Counted from the stretch's first letter, positions 1 to 12,439 are shown. The stretch is DNA of 64,000 bases from an uncultured Actinomycetes bacterium (GCA_963824995.1 CAWGRK010000014.1:1-64000), one strand, 5' to 3'. The notes: generated by a model not told the origin, from the sequence alone. Translations and numbers: made by a program.

Positions 1-1
1 G

Positions 2-1045
2 TGGACTCGTGCCTTCGACGGAGGAGGGGCCAACACCGCCGATGAGCCCTACTCGCTGGCAGTTAGCCTCGATGGGACCCGGGTTGCCGCCGTGGGTTCC
101 AGTGGTCTCCAGTTCTTCGCTGTCATCTACGACTCGCAGGGCAACGAGGTGGGTCGAAACATCCAACCCGCGCTCGGCACCGCCTGGGATGCGGATTTCG
201 GACCAGGGAACGTCCTTTATGCCACGGCGAGCCGGTGGACGATTGAGACCTCGAATCAACTGGCGGTGGTCAAGCTCAATTCCAGCGCGAACCTCCTCTG
301 GAATCGGTTCTTCTCGCAAGGTGTCTTCGGGTACCGAGTGGCGGTCGACTCTGCGGGTGACGTCATCGTCGCCGGTGTCGAGTCCCCCATTGAGACGTTC
401 TTCTTGGATTGGGTGACGCTCAAGCTCGCCCCGGACGGAACGTTGCGTTGGTCGCAGTTCTACAGCGGGGAACCGTTCACCCACGACGAGCGCCCCTGGG
501 CCCTCGATCTCGACTCGGCGGGCGGGATATATGTCACCGGGGACGGCGGCCCGTTTCTACGCCAAGGGGGAACCGACTACCTGCAGTTGGTGACGGTGAA
601 ATACACGCCAGCGGGTTCGGTGGAGTGGGTTGCCCTCAGCGGCAACGGACGCGGCATCTCGGTTCGGGTCGCCAACGCCGGGGACGCCGTTTTCGTGCAG
701 AGCCTCTACGAAATGCTCACCCTGCGGTTGTCGAACACCGACACGCCGCCGCCGCCACCACCGCTGATCGCCCCAAGCGCGCTTCGGGTGACCGGTACCA
801 CTCGAACCGAGGTGCGTCTGGCGTGGACCAACCAAGATCCCGACCAGACCGCGGTGGGAGTGGAGCGTTGCCGCGGCGCCGGCTGCACCAACTTCGCCGA
901 GATCGCCCGGGTAAGCGGCACGGCAACGAGCTACCGGGACGGGGGTCGTAGTCCAAACACCACCTACCGCTACAGGGTGCGTGGCTTCGACTCCGACCAG
1001 TCCTCCCCGTACTCGAACATCGTCAACGCCAGAACGAGACGCTGA
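2..1045 (+). CDS. Beta-propeller (SBBP-like repeats) protein with C-terminal fibronectin type III domain, 5'-truncated by window edge
   Basis: Frame open from nt 2 (WTRAFDGGGANTADEPYSLAVS...); repeated 'AVDSAGDVIVAG / LDLDSAGGIYVTG ... TVKYTPAGSVEW' blades, poly-Pro linker, FN3 'APSALRV...LAWT...YRYRVRG...SPYSN'. Confidence 0.7.
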   Translation, partial: WTRAFDGGGANTADEPYSLAVSLDGTRVAAVGSSGLQFFAVIYDSQGNEVGRNIQPALGTAWDADFGPGNVLYATASRWTIETSNQLAVVKLNSSANLLWNRFFSQGVFGYRVAVDSAGDVIVAGVESPIETFFLDWVTLKLAPDGTLRWSQFYSGEPFTHDERPWALDLDSAGGIYVTGDGGPFLRQGGTDYLQLVTVKYTPAGSVEWVALSGNGRGISVRVANAGDAVFVQSLYEMLTLRLSNTDTPPPPPPLIAPSALRVTGTTRTEVRLAWTNQDPDQTAVGVERCRGAGCTNFAEIARVSGTATSYRDGGRSPNTTYRYRVRGFDSDQSSPYSNIVNARTRR

Positions 1046-1123
1046 ATACGGCTTGGGCGGGCCGTTCGCTCTGCTGGATATCGGGGGTCTCGCTGGCGTA
1101 GCGCTCATCGAAGAGGATAGCCG

Positions 1124-1420
1124 TCATCCCCCGGCCATCGCCCCCAGGATGAGGAACAACTCGGAACCGTTCGCTACCTCGTCGGGCAACGGGATGTCGG
1201 GGGGTTCGTGCGATAGATCTTGCTCGCATGCGTAGAACCTGACGAAGGGACGGCGCTCATGGGTGACGTGATCGCGGATCGTCCCGCGTAGCACCGGATA
1301 TGTGGCCTCGAGAGAATCGAGGACAGAGCACTGAGTGACCGGGCCCTCGACCGCGAGCTCGACGTCTCCGTTGACACGGGCCAGGGTGCGCAGATGGGCG
1401 GGGAGCCTGACCCGGATCAT
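1124..1420 (-). CDS. MoaD/ThiS family ubiquitin-like protein
   Basis: 98 aa [14 protein letters not shown]...RPFVRFY...GAMAGG with C-terminal GG; ATG overlaps stop of upstream gene (ATGA). Confidence 0.9.
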   Translation of the reverse strand: MIRVRLPAHLRTLARVNGDVELAVEGPVTQCSVLDSLEATYPVLRGTIRDHVTHERRPFVRFYACEQDLSHEPPDIPLPDEVANGSELFLILGAMAGG

Positions 1421-2532
1421 GGCAGTGTCTGGACCTCGACCGAGAGAACCGCAGGGAAATCCCGCACGATTGGCGCCCAGCTGTCTCCGGCGTCGGCCGA
1501 GGCATACACCTGGCCGCCGGTGGTTCCGAAGTACACCCCACAAGGGTCGAGGCTGTCGACCGCCATGGCATCGCGCAGCACGTTGACGTAGCAATTGCTC
1601 TGGGGCAGACCGTCGGTGAGCGGCTCCCATTCATTCCCTCCGCTCCGGCTCCGGTAGACCCGCAGCTTCCCCTCAGGAGGGAAGTGTTCAGAGTCGCTCT
1701 TGATGGGGACTACGTAGATGGTTTCGGGCTCGTGAGCGTGGACGTCGATGGGAAACCCGAAGTCGCTGGGAAGGTTGCCACTCACCTCGACCCACGTTTC
1801 GCCGGCATTGTCGCTGCGCATCACATCCCAGTGCTTCTGCATGAACAGCACCTCTGGGCGCGACGGGTGCATCGCGACGCGGTGCACACAGTGGCCCGTC
1901 TCAGCGTCAGGGTCGGGGATGCCCTCCGAGATGAGCCCCTTGTTGATCGCTCGCCATGTGGCGCCGGCATCGTCGCTGCGGAAAGCACCGGCCGCCGAGA
2001 TGGCGACGAAGATGCGGTCGGGATTTTCGGGGTCGAGGAGGATGGTGTGCAGACACATCCCTCCGGCTCCCGGCGACCATGTCGGCCCAGATCCGTGACC
2101 GCGTAGCCCGGCAAGCTCCTCCCAGGTAATCCCCCCGTCGGTGGTGCGGAACAGGGCGGCGTCCTCCACTCCGGCATAGACGGTGTCGGGGTCTGTGAGT
2201 GACGGTTCGAGATGCCAAACCCGTGCAAACTCCCAAGGATGAGGTGTTCCGTCGTACCACTGGTGGGTTCCGGGTACACCGTCGTAAACGAATTCGTTGC
2301 CCACCGGCTCCCAGCTAGCTCCGCCGTCGTCGGACCGGTGGATCACCTGCCCGAACCAGCTGCTTGCCTGCGAAGCGAAGAGCCGCTGCGGGTCGGCCGG
2401 AGACCCTTTCATGTGGTAGATCTCCCAGCCCCCGAAGAGGGGACCGCTGACATCCCACTCCTCTCGACTCCCGTCCGAAGTCAGGACGAAACCGCCTTTC
2501 CGCGTGCCTACCAGCACTCGCACCTTGCTCAC
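1417..2532 (-). CDS. BNR/Asp-box repeat beta-propeller ('exo-alpha-sialidase'-like) protein
   Basis: VLVGTRKG start, repeated Asp-boxes ([44 protein letters not shown]); GTG at 2532 with AGAGGAG RBS. Confidence 0.9.
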   Translation of the reverse strand: MSKVRVLVGTRKGGFVLTSDGSREEWDVSGPLFGGWEIYHMKGSPADPQRLFASQASSWFGQVIHRSDDGGASWEPVGNEFVYDGVPGTHQWYDGTPHPWEFARVWHLEPSLTDPDTVYAGVEDAALFRTTDGGITWEELAGLRGHGSGPTWSPGAGGMCLHTILLDPENPDRIFVAISAAGAFRSDDAGATWRAINKGLISEGIPDPDAETGHCVHRVAMHPSRPEVLFMQKHWDVMRSDNAGETWVEVSGNLPSDFGFPIDVHAHEPETIYVVPIKSDSEHFPPEGKLRVYRSRSGGNEWEPLTDGLPQSNCYVNVLRDAMAVDSLDPCGVYFGTTGGQVYASADAGDSWAPIVRDFPAVLSVEVQTLP

Positions 2533-2562
2533 GACACCACTCTCCTCTTTGGGGCCATCAGC

Positions 2563-2593
2563 GTATGACCGTCGTACGCCAGGATTCTCATCG
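2563..2593 (-). promoter_or_regulatory. Putative ECF (SigG/ECF56-like) promoter
   Basis: CGATGA-N18-GTCATAC on minus strand about 30 nt upstream of BNR gene start. Confidence 0.4.
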
Positions 2594-2691
2594 CGGCGGC
2601 TCCCGGGTAACGGTGCTCTGAAGCGTGAGACCACGTCGTTCCATACCCGGGGCGAAGTGCCGCGAAAGATCGGGCTTCCTGCGTCCTCCAC

Positions 2692-2716
2692 TGTGAGGTA
2701 GTGTGAGAATTCACAC
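2692..2716. promoter_or_regulatory. Putative operator upstream of rhamnose operon
   Basis: TGTGAG direct repeat (2692, 2702) overlapping palindrome GTGTGA-gaat-TCACAC (2701-2716). Confidence 0.45.
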
Positions 2717-2782
2717 CTTTGAACGTAGAGGAGGCGGGCGGGTGGGAGCGGGTGTCGGGCTGATCACGCTTTCGTGGACCGC

Positions 2783-4276
2783 ATGACCGAGGAAGCGGCT
2801 CTCCTCGTCATCGAGGGCGTGTCCAAGCGCTTCGGTGCGACGCAAGCGCTCTCCGATGTGGACCTCACGCTCCGTTCCGGTGAGATCCACGCCCTGGTCG
2901 GCGAGAACGGGGCGGGCAAGTCCACCTTGATCAAGTTGATGACCGGGATCTACGCGGCCGACGAAGGCGCCATGACCCTGGACGGTCAACCGTTCGCTCC
3001 TCGGAATGCAGCCGAGGCACAACAGCTCGGTGTCGCCGCCATCTACCAGGAACCGTCGATCTTTCCCGACCTGAGTGTGGCGGAGAACATATTCATCGGT
3101 CACCGGGACAGGGGACTCCTGGTCAACCGGCAGGCGATGGCACGGGATGCATCCCAGATCCTGGCCACTCTCGACTTCCATATCGATCCCCGTCTGCCGG
3201 CGGCCGGTCTGACCGTCGCCGGGCAGCAGGCCGTCGAGATCGCCAAGGCGATATCGCTCGACACCCGGGTCCTGATCATGGACGAGCCGACGGCGGCCCT
3301 GTCCGCTCACGAGGTGGATCGGCTGTTCCGCCAGGTGCGGCAACTCAAGGCATCCGGCGCCGCCATCCTCTTCATCAGCCACCGCCTCGAGGAGATCTTT
3401 GCGATCTCGGATCGCATCTCGGTGTTCCGCGATGGGCGGCACATCTCGACCCGTGTCGCCGCCGAGGTGACGGAGGACTCTCTGGTCAGGGAAATGGTCG
3501 GCCGAGACCCTGCCGACTTCTTCGCCCGGACGGAGCATCACGAGGGAGATCCGGTACTCAAGGTGAGCGGTCTGGGCCGCGCCGGCGCCTTCGCAGACAT
3601 CAGCTTCGAGTTGCGCCGAGGTGAGGTGCTCGGGTTTGCCGGTCTGGTCGGCGCCGGCCGGACCGACGTCGGCCTTGCTCTCTTTGGTATCGCACCCGCC
3701 GACACCGGGTCGATAGAGCTCGACGGCCGTCAACTGACCATCTCCTCTCCCGGCGATGCACTGAGACATGGCATTGCCTACCTGTCGGAGGACCGGAGGC
3801 GCTCGGGCCTCTCTCTCCCCCAATCGGTGACCGCCAACATCACCCTGGCGACGCTGAAGCGCTATACGGCGCGATTCGGTCTCCTCGACGCAGCGCGAGA
3901 ACGCTCCGATGCCGAGTCCTTCAGGCAGCGCCTCGGGATCAAGACACCGAGCTTGAAGACACCGGTGGGGCAGTTGTCCGGTGGCAATCAGCAGAAGACG
4001 ATGCTCGCCAAGTGGCTGAATGCAGAGCCACGGATCCTGGTTCTCGACGAGCCCACCAGAGGAATCGACGTGGGGGCCAAGGCGGACGTGCACCGCTTCA
4101 TCGACGAGTTGGCGCGTTCCGGACTGGGCATCATCTTGATCTCATCGGATCTGCCGGAAGTCCTGGCGATGAGCGACCGCGTGGCGGTGATGCGGGAAGG
4201 GCTGCTCAGAGCGATCTTCCCCGGTGCAAGAGCCACCCAGGAAGAGGTGATGGCGCTGGCGGTGGGCGCCGAATGA
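2783..4276 (+). CDS. rhaT: Sugar (L-rhamnose) ABC transporter ATP-binding protein, CUT2 family
   Basis: GENGAGKST Walker A, two ABC domains, [20 protein letters not shown]; rha context. Confidence 0.92.
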   Translation: MTEEAALLVIEGVSKRFGATQALSDVDLTLRSGEIHALVGENGAGKSTLIKLMTGIYAADEGAMTLDGQPFAPRNAAEAQQLGVAAIYQEPSIFPDLSVAENIFIGHRDRGLLVNRQAMARDASQILATLDFHIDPRLPAAGLTVAGQQAVEIAKAISLDTRVLIMDEPTAALSAHEVDRLFRQVRQLKASGAAILFISHRLEEIFAISDRISVFRDGRHISTRVAAEVTEDSLVREMVGRDPADFFARTEHHEGDPVLKVSGLGRAGAFADISFELRRGEVLGFAGLVGAGRTDVGLALFGIAPADTGSIELDGRQLTISSPGDALRHGIAYLSEDRRRSGLSLPQSVTANITLATLKRYTARFGLLDAARERSDAESFRQRLGIKTPSLKTPVGQLSGGNQQKTMLAKWLNAEPRILVLDEPTRGIDVGAKADVHRFIDELARSGLGIILISSDLPEVLAMSDRVAVMREGLLRAIFPGARATQEEVMALAVGAE

Positions 4277-4285
4277 CCACCACGG

Positions 4286-5368
4286 ATGCGAGCGTTGCGA
4301 TCGCGTCCGAGGCGATTTCCGCAGCCCGATCGGATCAAAGAGATATCGCTTCTGGGGATGATCGCATTCTCGATGATCGTCTTCAGCTTCTTCATCGATG
4401 ACTATCCGGGGGCGCGGTTCTTCGATCGGCTCACCACCAGTGTGGTCATCGTGGCGATCCTGGCAGTCGGCCAGTCGATCGTGATCATCACCCGCAATGT
4501 CGACCTGTCGGTCGGATCCATCGTCGGATTCACCGCCTATCTGACCGGCGACTTCCTTGCGACCTTTGGCTCAGCTGGACCGATCGCGGCAATCGGAATT
4601 GCGATCGTGGCGGGTGCCGTACTCGGCTCGATCAACGGCGCGCTCGTTGCCTTCGGTGGCGTCCCGGCCATAATCGCCACGCTGGGGACGCTGGCTGTAT
4701 TTCGCACCGCAATGGGGCTGTATGCGGGCGGAATCGACATCACAGTCGATCGGTTGCCCGATTGGGTTCTCGAATTCAACCAGCGTTCTGTGCTCACCCT
4801 TGGTGGGTTCGACCTCACCCTGATATTCGTGATCACGATCGCCGTCGTTGCGTTCTTCCAATGGTTCCTTGCACGAGTAAGGGGTGGTCGAAGGCTCTAC
4901 GCAATTGGATCCAACCCTGATGCCGCCAGCCAAGCGGGGCTTCCAGCCGCCCGGATGATCTTCCTCGCCTTTCTCATCTCGGGTGCCCTCGCCGGGCTCG
5001 CCGGCTTCATGTATCTGACCCGGGTCGGCACCATCAGCGCCGCCGCCGGGGCCGGACTGGAACTGCGATCGGTTGCCGCCGCCGTCGTGGGCGGGGTCAG
5101 CATCCTCGGGGGCTCGGGGACCGTGCTGGGCGCTTTCCTAGGCGCAGTGCTCCTCGACGAATTGCGGCTGAGCCTGATCAGGTTGCCGGCTATCAGCGAG
5201 TTCTGGATCGAGGCTGCTCTCGGAGCCTTGATCCTGGTAGCGGTCGTACTCGATGCGACCCTGAGGAAGCGGCTCAATTCTCGCTGGGCGGCTGAAGTCC
5301 GGAGATCGATCGGCGAGCCGGCGCCCGCCACTCAGGGCATCCCTCAAGGCGGGTCGGCCGATGCGTGA
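4286..5368 (+). CDS. rhaP: Rhamnose ABC transporter permease
   Basis: [34 protein letters not shown] motifs; true start may be ATG 4273 with an indel. Confidence 0.88.
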   Translation: MRALRSRPRRFPQPDRIKEISLLGMIAFSMIVFSFFIDDYPGARFFDRLTTSVVIVAILAVGQSIVIITRNVDLSVGSIVGFTAYLTGDFLATFGSAGPIAAIGIAIVAGAVLGSINGALVAFGGVPAIIATLGTLAVFRTAMGLYAGGIDITVDRLPDWVLEFNQRSVLTLGGFDLTLIFVITIAVVAFFQWFLARVRGGRRLYAIGSNPDAASQAGLPAARMIFLAFLISGALAGLAGFMYLTRVGTISAAAGAGLELRSVAAAVVGGVSILGGSGTVLGAFLGAVLLDELRLSLIRLPAISEFWIEAALGALILVAVVLDATLRKRLNSRWAAEVRRSIGEPAPATQGIPQGGSADA

Positions 5369-6344
5369 GTGGGCCCGAAACCATCGATGGGAGGTCGTCC
5401 TTCTCGGGCTGTTGATTGCTACGACCGCGATCAACATCGCCATTACGCCGGTCTACCTCGGCGTAGGCAACTTCATCAATCTGTTCGGGCTCTCCGTCGA
5501 GAAGATCATCGTCGCAGTCGTGATGGCCTTCGTCATCATCAACGGGGAGATCGACCTGTCGGTCGCTTCCGTGATGGGTTTCTCAGCCGCGGTGATGGCT
5601 GCCCTGTACGTGGGGGGCGACGTACCGTTCTTGGCCGCTGTCGCCATCGCGATAGCGGCAGGAGCCACAGCGGGGCTGCTTCAAGGACTAGTCATCATCC
5701 GGTTCGGCTTGCCCTCGCTCGTGGTCACATTGGCCGGTTTGATCGGCTTCCGCGGAGCGGCGCGGGTCTTGTTGGAGGACACGTCGGTGGGCGACTTCCC
5801 GGAATGGTTCGACCAACTAGGTCAGCAACCGTTGCTCGGTCCGCTCCCGCTCGCCGTGGTGATCTTCATCGTCGAGTTGACAATCGCCTGGATCATCCTC
5901 GAGCGCGGGTCATTTGGTCGCAAGGTGTATGCGATCGGCAACAGTGCCGAGGTCGCCCGTTTTGCCGGGATCGGAGTGACTGGGGTGAAGCTGAAGATCT
6001 TTGTGACCTCCGGCTTGGTGGCGGGTCTGGCCGGTGTGTTGTTCGCCGCCCGTGTGGGATCGGTGCGCGGCGATCTGGGCCAGTTCTTCGAGCTGGACAT
6101 CATCACGATCGTTCTTCTCGGCGGGGTGAGCATCTTCGGAGGTTCAGGGTCGATGCTGGGGGTGGCCTTGGCCATCTTCACGGTCCTCAACATTCGCAAC
6201 GGGATGGGTCTGACCAACGTGGACGGCCTCATCCAGACCGGGGTCGTTGGGCTCCTGCTCATTGGCTCCGTCCTGATTCCGAATCTCGTCCAGAAGGCAC
6301 GCCAGCGGCGTTCGGCACCAGCGATCGCCCATGCCCCACCCTGA
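5361..6344 (+). CDS. rhaQ: Rhamnose ABC transporter permease
   Basis: [29 protein letters not shown] motifs. Confidence 0.88.
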   Translation: MREWARNHRWEVVLLGLLIATTAINIAITPVYLGVGNFINLFGLSVEKIIVAVVMAFVIINGEIDLSVASVMGFSAAVMAALYVGGDVPFLAAVAIAIAAGATAGLLQGLVIIRFGLPSLVVTLAGLIGFRGAARVLLEDTSVGDFPEWFDQLGQQPLLGPLPLAVVIFIVELTIAWIILERGSFGRKVYAIGNSAEVARFAGIGVTGVKLKIFVTSGLVAGLAGVLFAARVGSVRGDLGQFFELDIITIVLLGGVSIFGGSGSMLGVALAIFTVLNIRNGMGLTNVDGLIQTGVVGLLLIGSVLIPNLVQKARQRRSAPAIAHAPP

Positions 6345-6420
6345 CGTAGGAGCGAAACGGAGGTCCATCGGAGTCATCTACGAGCGTTTGTTAAGAGACC
6401 GACCAATAGAAGGAGACATC

Positions 6421-7614
6421 GTGACAGCGATTAGACGACGCATCCCCGCCGTCGCCCTGGTGGCGCTGGCCATGGTCGTGGCGGCATGTGGCGGTGGTGC
6501 AGCCGACACGACCGTCGGAGCGGACACCACGACGGCTGCTGCGGACACCACGGCTGCCGCCGACACCACTGCAGCGGCGGACACCACCGCAGCAGCGGAC
6601 ACCACGGCGGCGGCCGAGACAACGGTTGCGGCCGATACCACGGTCGCAGCAGAGGGACCGGTGACCATCAGCGCCGCCGATTCCATCACCGGGGCGTTCG
6701 TGGGAAAGTGCACCACCAATCCTGTGTTCCCGCAGGCGAACGATGGCGCGGTGGAAGCAGCTGGAGAACTCGGCTCCGAACCCACCGAATTGCTCGGCCC
6801 GGCTGACTGTGCCGACACCACGGCAGGCATCGACATAGTCACCAACGCGGTCACGCAAGAGGTCGACGTCATCATGGTCTCGAACAACGCCGGTGATCAG
6901 CTGGGCCCGGCCGCGGCGGCTGCCCAAGAGGCTGGCATCCCGGTCGTGACCTGGGACTCTCCGATCCCATCGGCCGAGGGCGAGTCGGTGTACATCGCAC
7001 CGGCAGACCTGAGCGGTGCCGGCCAGGTGATGGCGGAGATGGCTCGGAGCATCCTCGGTGAGGAGGGGGGCCAGATGGCCATTCTCTCCGCGACGCCCGA
7101 AGCAGCGAACCAGAACATCTGGATCGCGGCATTGGAAGACCTGCTGGCGACCCCGGAGTACGAGAACATCGAACTGGTCGACACTGTCTACGGGAACGAC
7201 GTCGCCCAGGACAGCCAGGATCGGGCAGAGGAGCTGCTCGAGAATCCCGACCTGGACCTGATCATGGCCCCGACCACCGTCGGCATCGTGGCGGCCGCTC
7301 AGGTCGTGACGCAAGCCGATGAGTGCGATCGGGTCAAGGTCTCAGGCTTGGGAGTCTCGACGGAGATGCGTGATTACACGCTCAGCGGGTGCGCCCCTGA
7401 ATTCGCCCTGTGGAGCTTCCCCGACCTCGGCTATCTGTCCTATTACGTCGGCTACGGCCTCGCCACCGGTCAGATCGAGGCCGAGGCAGGGCAACAGTTC
7501 GAGGCAGGTCGCCTGGGTGAGTACACGATCGAAGAAGATCCTGGTCGCGAAGCTGGCCTCCGTGTCCTGTTGGGACCGATCAAGAAGTTCAACGCCGACA
7601 ACATCGACAGCTGA
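6421..7614 (+). CDS. rhaS: Rhamnose ABC transporter substrate-binding lipoprotein
   Basis: AAGGAG RBS + GTG; lipobox VVAAC; Thr/Ala linker; [36 protein letters not shown] typical of RhaS. Confidence 0.88.
   Translation: MTAIRRRIPAVALVALAMVVAACGGGAADTTVGADTTTAAADTTAAADTTAAADTTAAADTTAAAETTVAADTTVAAEGPVTISAADSITGAFVGKCTTNPVFPQANDGAVEAAGELGSEPTELLGPADCADTTAGIDIVTNAVTQEVDVIMVSNNAGDQLGPAAAAAQEAGIPVVTWDSPIPSAEGESVYIAPADLSGAGQVMAEMARSILGEEGGQMAILSATPEAANQNIWIAALEDLLATPEYENIELVDTVYGNDVAQDSQDRAEELLENPDLDLIMAPTTVGIVAAAQVVTQADECDRVKVSGLGVSTEMRDYTLSGCAPEFALWSFPDLGYLSYYVGYGLATGQIEAEAGQQFEAGRLGEYTIEEDPGREAGLRVLLGPIKKFNADNIDS
6502..6651 (+). repeat. Coding 18-bp degenerate tandem repeat (ADTTAA, about 8 copies)
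   Basis: [49 protein letters not shown]. Confidence 0.85.
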
Positions 7615-7628
7615 CCTGTGAGGGCAAC

Positions 7629-7656
7629 CTGGGCCCGGGCTCCGGTCCGGGTCCAG
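7629..7656 (+). terminator. GC-rich hairpin after rhaS (mRNA stabiliser / partial terminator)
   Basis: 12-bp stem CTGGGCCCGGGC/GTCCGGGTCCAG (2 G-U pairs) with UCCG tetraloop. Confidence 0.55.
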
Positions 7657-7731
7657 ACTGCCGCCACGATCGGAGGATCCTGTATCGGGATCGCTTGGGA
7701 GATCATGAGAGTTCTTACGACCGAGATCGCG

Positions 7732-9781
7732 ATGAAGAGCTCAGACACGCCACCAGTTGTCGAGCAGTTGATCACGCGCTCCAACCGACTGGGCGCCGAC
7801 CGTCGCAACACCAACTACGGCGGTGGCAACACGTCGGCCAAGGCGATGGCGGTTGACCCGGCATCGGGTGACGAGGTCGAGGTCATGTGGGTCAAAGGAT
7901 CGGGTGGCGATCTCGGAACTCTTCGTGCCGATGGACTTGCCGCTCTCCGGGTGGATCGGTTGCGAGCACTCCGCTCCGTCTATCGGGGGGAGGAACACGA
8001 GGATGAGATGCAGTCTTTCCTCGACCACTGCGGCTTTGGGGCACGCGGCGCTGCACCGAGCATCGACACCGCAATGCACGGGCTGCTGGAACCGGCCCAC
8101 GTCGATCATCTCCACCCCGATGCGGTCATCGCTCTGGCGGCGGCCGTCGACGGTGAGGCGCTGACCAAGCAGTGCTTCGGAGACGAGGTGGGCTGGGTCC
8201 CGTGGCGGCGACCCGGGTTCGAGTTGGGCCTGAGCATCGCCGAGATGGCACGCGACCACCCGAACCTGAAGGGCGTGGTTTTGGGCGGTCATGGCTTGAC
8301 GACCTGGGGCGAGACCTCAGAGCAATGCGAGGCGACGACGCTGGCGATCATCCACACCGCAACGGAGTTCCTCGAAACCCATGGCCGCCCCGATCCGTTG
8401 GGACCGCTCCGCCCCGGGTTCGAGCCCCTAGCCTCCCGAAGAGCGTCGGAGGCGCGCCGCCGCCATGGCACCTGTGATCCGAGGCGCCTGCTCCACCGAC
8501 AGCCCCGTGGTGGGTCATTGGTTCGATGACGATCTGGTGCTCGATTTCATCGGTCGCGAGGCGGCTCCCCGGGTGGTGCCGCTAGGGACCTCGTGCCCCG
8601 ACCACTTCATCCGCACCAAGGTCAGACCCTTGCTGCTCGACCTACCGCACACCGATCCGATCGAGGCGCAGATCGAGCGGTTCAACGAACTGCACGCCGA
8701 ATACCGCGACGAGTACCGCCGCTACTACCAGCGGTACGCCGACGAGGAGACACCACCGATGCGGGGGGCCGACCCCGCCATCGTCCTGGTTCCCGGGGTG
8801 GGGATGTTCAGCTTCGGGCCGGATGCTCCGAGCGCCCGGATAGCCGGCGAGTTCTACATCAACGCCATCAATGTGATCAGGGGGGCCGAATCGGTTTCCA
8901 CCTACGCGCCGGTCCCCGAGCGGGAGAAATTCCGGATCGAGTATTGGATGCTGGAGGAGATGAAGCTGAGGCGGCGACCTCCTCCCAAGCCGCTGACCGG
9001 CAAGGTGGCGTTGGTGACAGGGGGCGGCTCGGGGATCGGGCGGGCCATCGCCGCCATCTTCAGCGAAAACGGGGCGTCGGTGGCGGTGGCCGACATCGAC
9101 GCCGATGCCGCGGCCCAGACCGCCAATGAGATCGGAACGGCCGACACGGCGATGGGCGTCCAGGCCGATGTCTCCGATCCGGATGCCGTGCAGGCGGCGA
9201 TCGATGAGGTGCTGCTCCGCTATGGCGGGGTTGACATCGTCGTCAACAACGCCGGGCTGTCGATCTCGAAGACCCTTCTCGAGACCACCGAGAAGGACTG
9301 GGACCTGCAGCACGATGTGATGGCCAAGGGCTCGTTCCTCATCTCGAAACACGCCGCGGCGGCGATGATCGCCCAGGGAACGGGTGGCGACATCGTCTAC
9401 GTGGTCAGCAAGAACGCCGTGGTTGCCGGGCCGAACAACCTGGCGTACGGGTCGGCCAAGGCGAGCCAGGCGCATCAGGTCCGGCTGCTCGCCGCCGAGC
9501 TCGGTCAGTGGGGGATCCGGGTCAATGGGATCAACCCCGACGGGGTGGTGAAGGGCTCGGGGATATTCGCCGGCGGGTGGGGTGCGGAGCGGGCCAGGGT
9601 CTACGGCGTCCCCGAGGAAGAGCTCGGCCGCTTCTACGCCAACAGGACGTTGCTCAAACAGGAAGTGCTCCCCGAGCACGTGGCGCAGGCGGCGCTCGCA
9701 CTGGTGGGCGGGACGCTCAGCCGGACCACAGGTCTGATCATCCCGGTTGACAGCGGCGTCGCCGCGGCATTCCTACGGTAG
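7732..9781 (+). CDS. rhaD: Bifunctional rhamnulose-1-phosphate aldolase / short-chain dehydrogenase (RhaEW-type), indel near 8440
   Basis: NTNYGGGNTS, WVKGSGGDLGT, PSIDTAMH, HLHPD, GTSCPDHF, IEYW..EE.KL, then SDR TGGGSGIG / YGSAK. Confidence 0.92.
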
Positions 9782-9791
9782 GAGGCGTTCC

Positions 9792-11080
9792 ATGATCGAC
9801 CCGGCACGCATCGCCGAATTGAACGCACCGCAAGAGGCGGCGCTGCGCGCCGACCTCGGGTCCCTGGAGATCAGTCTGGAGCGGACGACGCGCCGTGACG
9901 CCGAGCGCGGTGATCGATGCACTGGTCGAGTTCTCGGTGGCGGCTCCGTCGTGGGCGGTGGGGACCGGGGGTACCAGGTTCGGGCGCTTCCCGCTCGGCG
10001 GTGAGCCGAGCACCACCGAGGAGAAGATCGACGACGTGGCGACGCTCAATGCGCTCACCGCCAGCAACGGGTCGATCTCGCTCCACGTTCCCTGGGACGA
10101 CCCCGACGATCCCGAAGGTCTTCGCCAGTACGCCGCGTCGTGCTCGATCGAATTCGACGCGATGAACTCGAACACCTTCCAGGACAACCCGGCGACCACC
10201 CGCGATGGCGCCATCACCTACAAATTCGGCAGCCTGGCCAACGCCGACCCCTCGGTGAGGGATGCGGCGGTGGAGCACAACCTCTATGTGATCGACCTAG
10301 GGGTGCAAGCTCGGGTCGCGGGCGCTCACCGTCTGGCTGGCCGACGGGATCAACCACCCCGGACAGGCAGACCACCGCACCCAGTTCGAGAGAGTCGCCG
10401 AGGGCCTGCAGCAGATCCATGCCCATCTTCCCGACGAATGGCGCATGTTCACCGAGCACAAGCCGTACGAGCCTGCCTTCTATGCGACGGTCAACCAGGA
10501 CTGGGGATCGTCACTCCTGCTGGCGCAGGCGGCTGGTGACAAGGCATCGTGCCTGGTGGACCTGGGTCACCACCTCCCCAACGCCAACATCGAACAGATC
10601 GTCAGCAGGTTGGCGATGGTCGGCCGATTGGGAGGATTCCACTTCAACGACTCCAAGTACGGCGACGACGATCTCACCACCGGGTCCATCAGGCCATATC
10701 AGCTCTTCCTCATCTTCTGCGAGCTCGTCCGCGCCGGCAACGGCCACTTGCCCGACCTGGCTTACATGATCGATCAGAGCCACAACATCAAGGACCCACT
10801 CGAGGACCTCATCCAGTCGACAGAGGCGGTGGCCATCGCATATGCCCAGGCGATGCTGGTGGACCGCGCCGCATTGACCGCCGCCCAGGACGCCAACGAC
10901 GCCGCCGCTGCCCAGGACATCCTCCAATCCGCCTTCCGAACCGATGTCCGACCCCTCGTCGCCGAGGCGCGTCGCAGGCAAGGCGGGGCCATCGCACCGC
11001 TGGCGGCATACCGCGCCATCGGATATCGCCAGGAGATGATCGAGAGGCGGGGGATGGCTTCGGTGGCCACCGGGCTGTGA
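9792..11080 (+). CDS. rhaI: L-rhamnose isomerase (RhaI type), indels near 9890 and 10305
   Basis: PSWAVGTGGTRFGRFP, LHVPWD, NSNTFQD, EHKPYEPAFY, DLGHH, GGFHFNDSKYGDDDL, MIDQSHN; GGAGG RBS. Confidence 0.92.
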
Positions 11081-12415
11081 CCGACGCGGTGCGGGTGCTG
11101 GCGGTCGATCTCGGCGCCGGTTCGGTCCGGGTGGCGGCCATCGAACTCGCCGCGACCCCGGCGGTCGAGGTGATCCACCGCTGGCCGCACGGTCCGGTGC
11201 CCGACCCAAGAGGCTCGCTCCGCTGGGATTGGGAGAGGATCGTGGCCGAGGTGGAGACCGGACTCGAGATCGGGATGGAATCGGGTTCCGTCGAGTCGAT
11301 CGGCGTGGACGGCTGGGGTGTCGACTACGGATTGATCGACGACGCCGGTCGGATGGTCGCCGACCCCTACTCCTACCGCGACTCTCGTACCGATGCGTGG
11401 ATGGCCACGGCCGAGTCGATCGGGCTCGAACGGCTCTATGAGATCACCGGCATCCAGTTGATGGGGATCAACACCATCTTCCAACTTGCCGCCCACGACC
11501 GGAACGAGATGGAGCGGGCGGCACGTGTGCTGCTCCTCCCCGATCTGCTCGTCTCCACCCTGACTGGTTTCGAGGGCGCCGAGCGATCGAACGCCTCGAC
11601 CACGGGACTTCTCGACGCCAGGAGCGGCGACTGGTCCGCCGAGTTGATCGAGGCGATTGGGATGTCGTCGCACTTGCTGCCGGCCGTGGCTGCTGCCGGA
11701 CAGGCAGTGGGGATGTGGCGCGGGATCCCGTTGCACCTGGTGGGTTCGCACGACACGGCTTCGGCCTTCCTCGGCGTTCCCGGAGGAAGGGAACCAGGAA
11801 CGGTGTTTGTCTCCACCGGTAGTTGGGTGATCGTCGGGATCGAGCGGTCCGAGGCCGACACATCGGCCGCCGCCATGGCAGCCAACTTCTCCAACGAGTC
11901 CGGCGCTCTCGGTGGCTTCCGCTTCCTCAAGAACGTGGTCGGCTTCTGGATGATCGAGGCTTGCCGGCCGGCATGGGACAACCCGCCTGTCGACGTCCTC
12001 ATCGACGAGGCCGCTGCGATCACCGACCCGTACCTCGTATTCGACGCCGCCGACAAGCGACTGGTGGCGCCGCTCGACATGGAAGCCGAGATCCGCGCCG
12101 CAGCCGGGCTTCCGGCAGGAGTACCCCGAGGCGTGGTGGTCCGGTCGATCCTCGAGTCGATCGCCGACGGCGTGGCACGGGTCGTCGGTGAGTTGGAGGC
12201 ACTCACCGGAGATCGAAATGATCCGGCTCGCCCTGGTCGGCGGGGGGGCACGGACCGGTCTCCTCGCAGATCTGCTTGCCGAAGTCGACCGGGCTCGCCC
12301 GTCCTCGTTGGCGATCCTGAGGCGACGGCATTGGGCAATGGTGTCGTCCAGGGGATCGCCCTTGGCCATTTGACGGTCGCGATGAAGCCGATCGTGGCTC
12401 GCGCGCGGCGAGTGA
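11077..12415 (+). CDS. rhaB: Rhamnulokinase (FGGY family), 3' end uncertain
   Basis: LAVDLGAGS, SIGVDGWGVDYGL, YRDSRT, GIQLMGINTIFQL, GSHDTASA, NFSNE, EATALGN. Confidence 0.9.
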
Positions 12416-12439
12416 AAGTGTCAGACGACCATCACGTCG

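Noticed and set aside
2702..2715. CRP/GlxR site
   Set aside because: Spacer between TGTGA and TCACA is 4 nt rather than 6.
2711..4093. Long antisense or alternate-frame ORFs (also 8642-9679, 10774-12369, 15584-17083, 24170-25633)
   Set aside because: Shadow ORFs expected in high-GC DNA; they overlap well-supported genes and lack recognisable motifs.
8430..8470. Programmed frameshift in rhaD (and other split genes)
   Set aside because: No slippery heptamer; indels are ubiquitous across unrelated genes.
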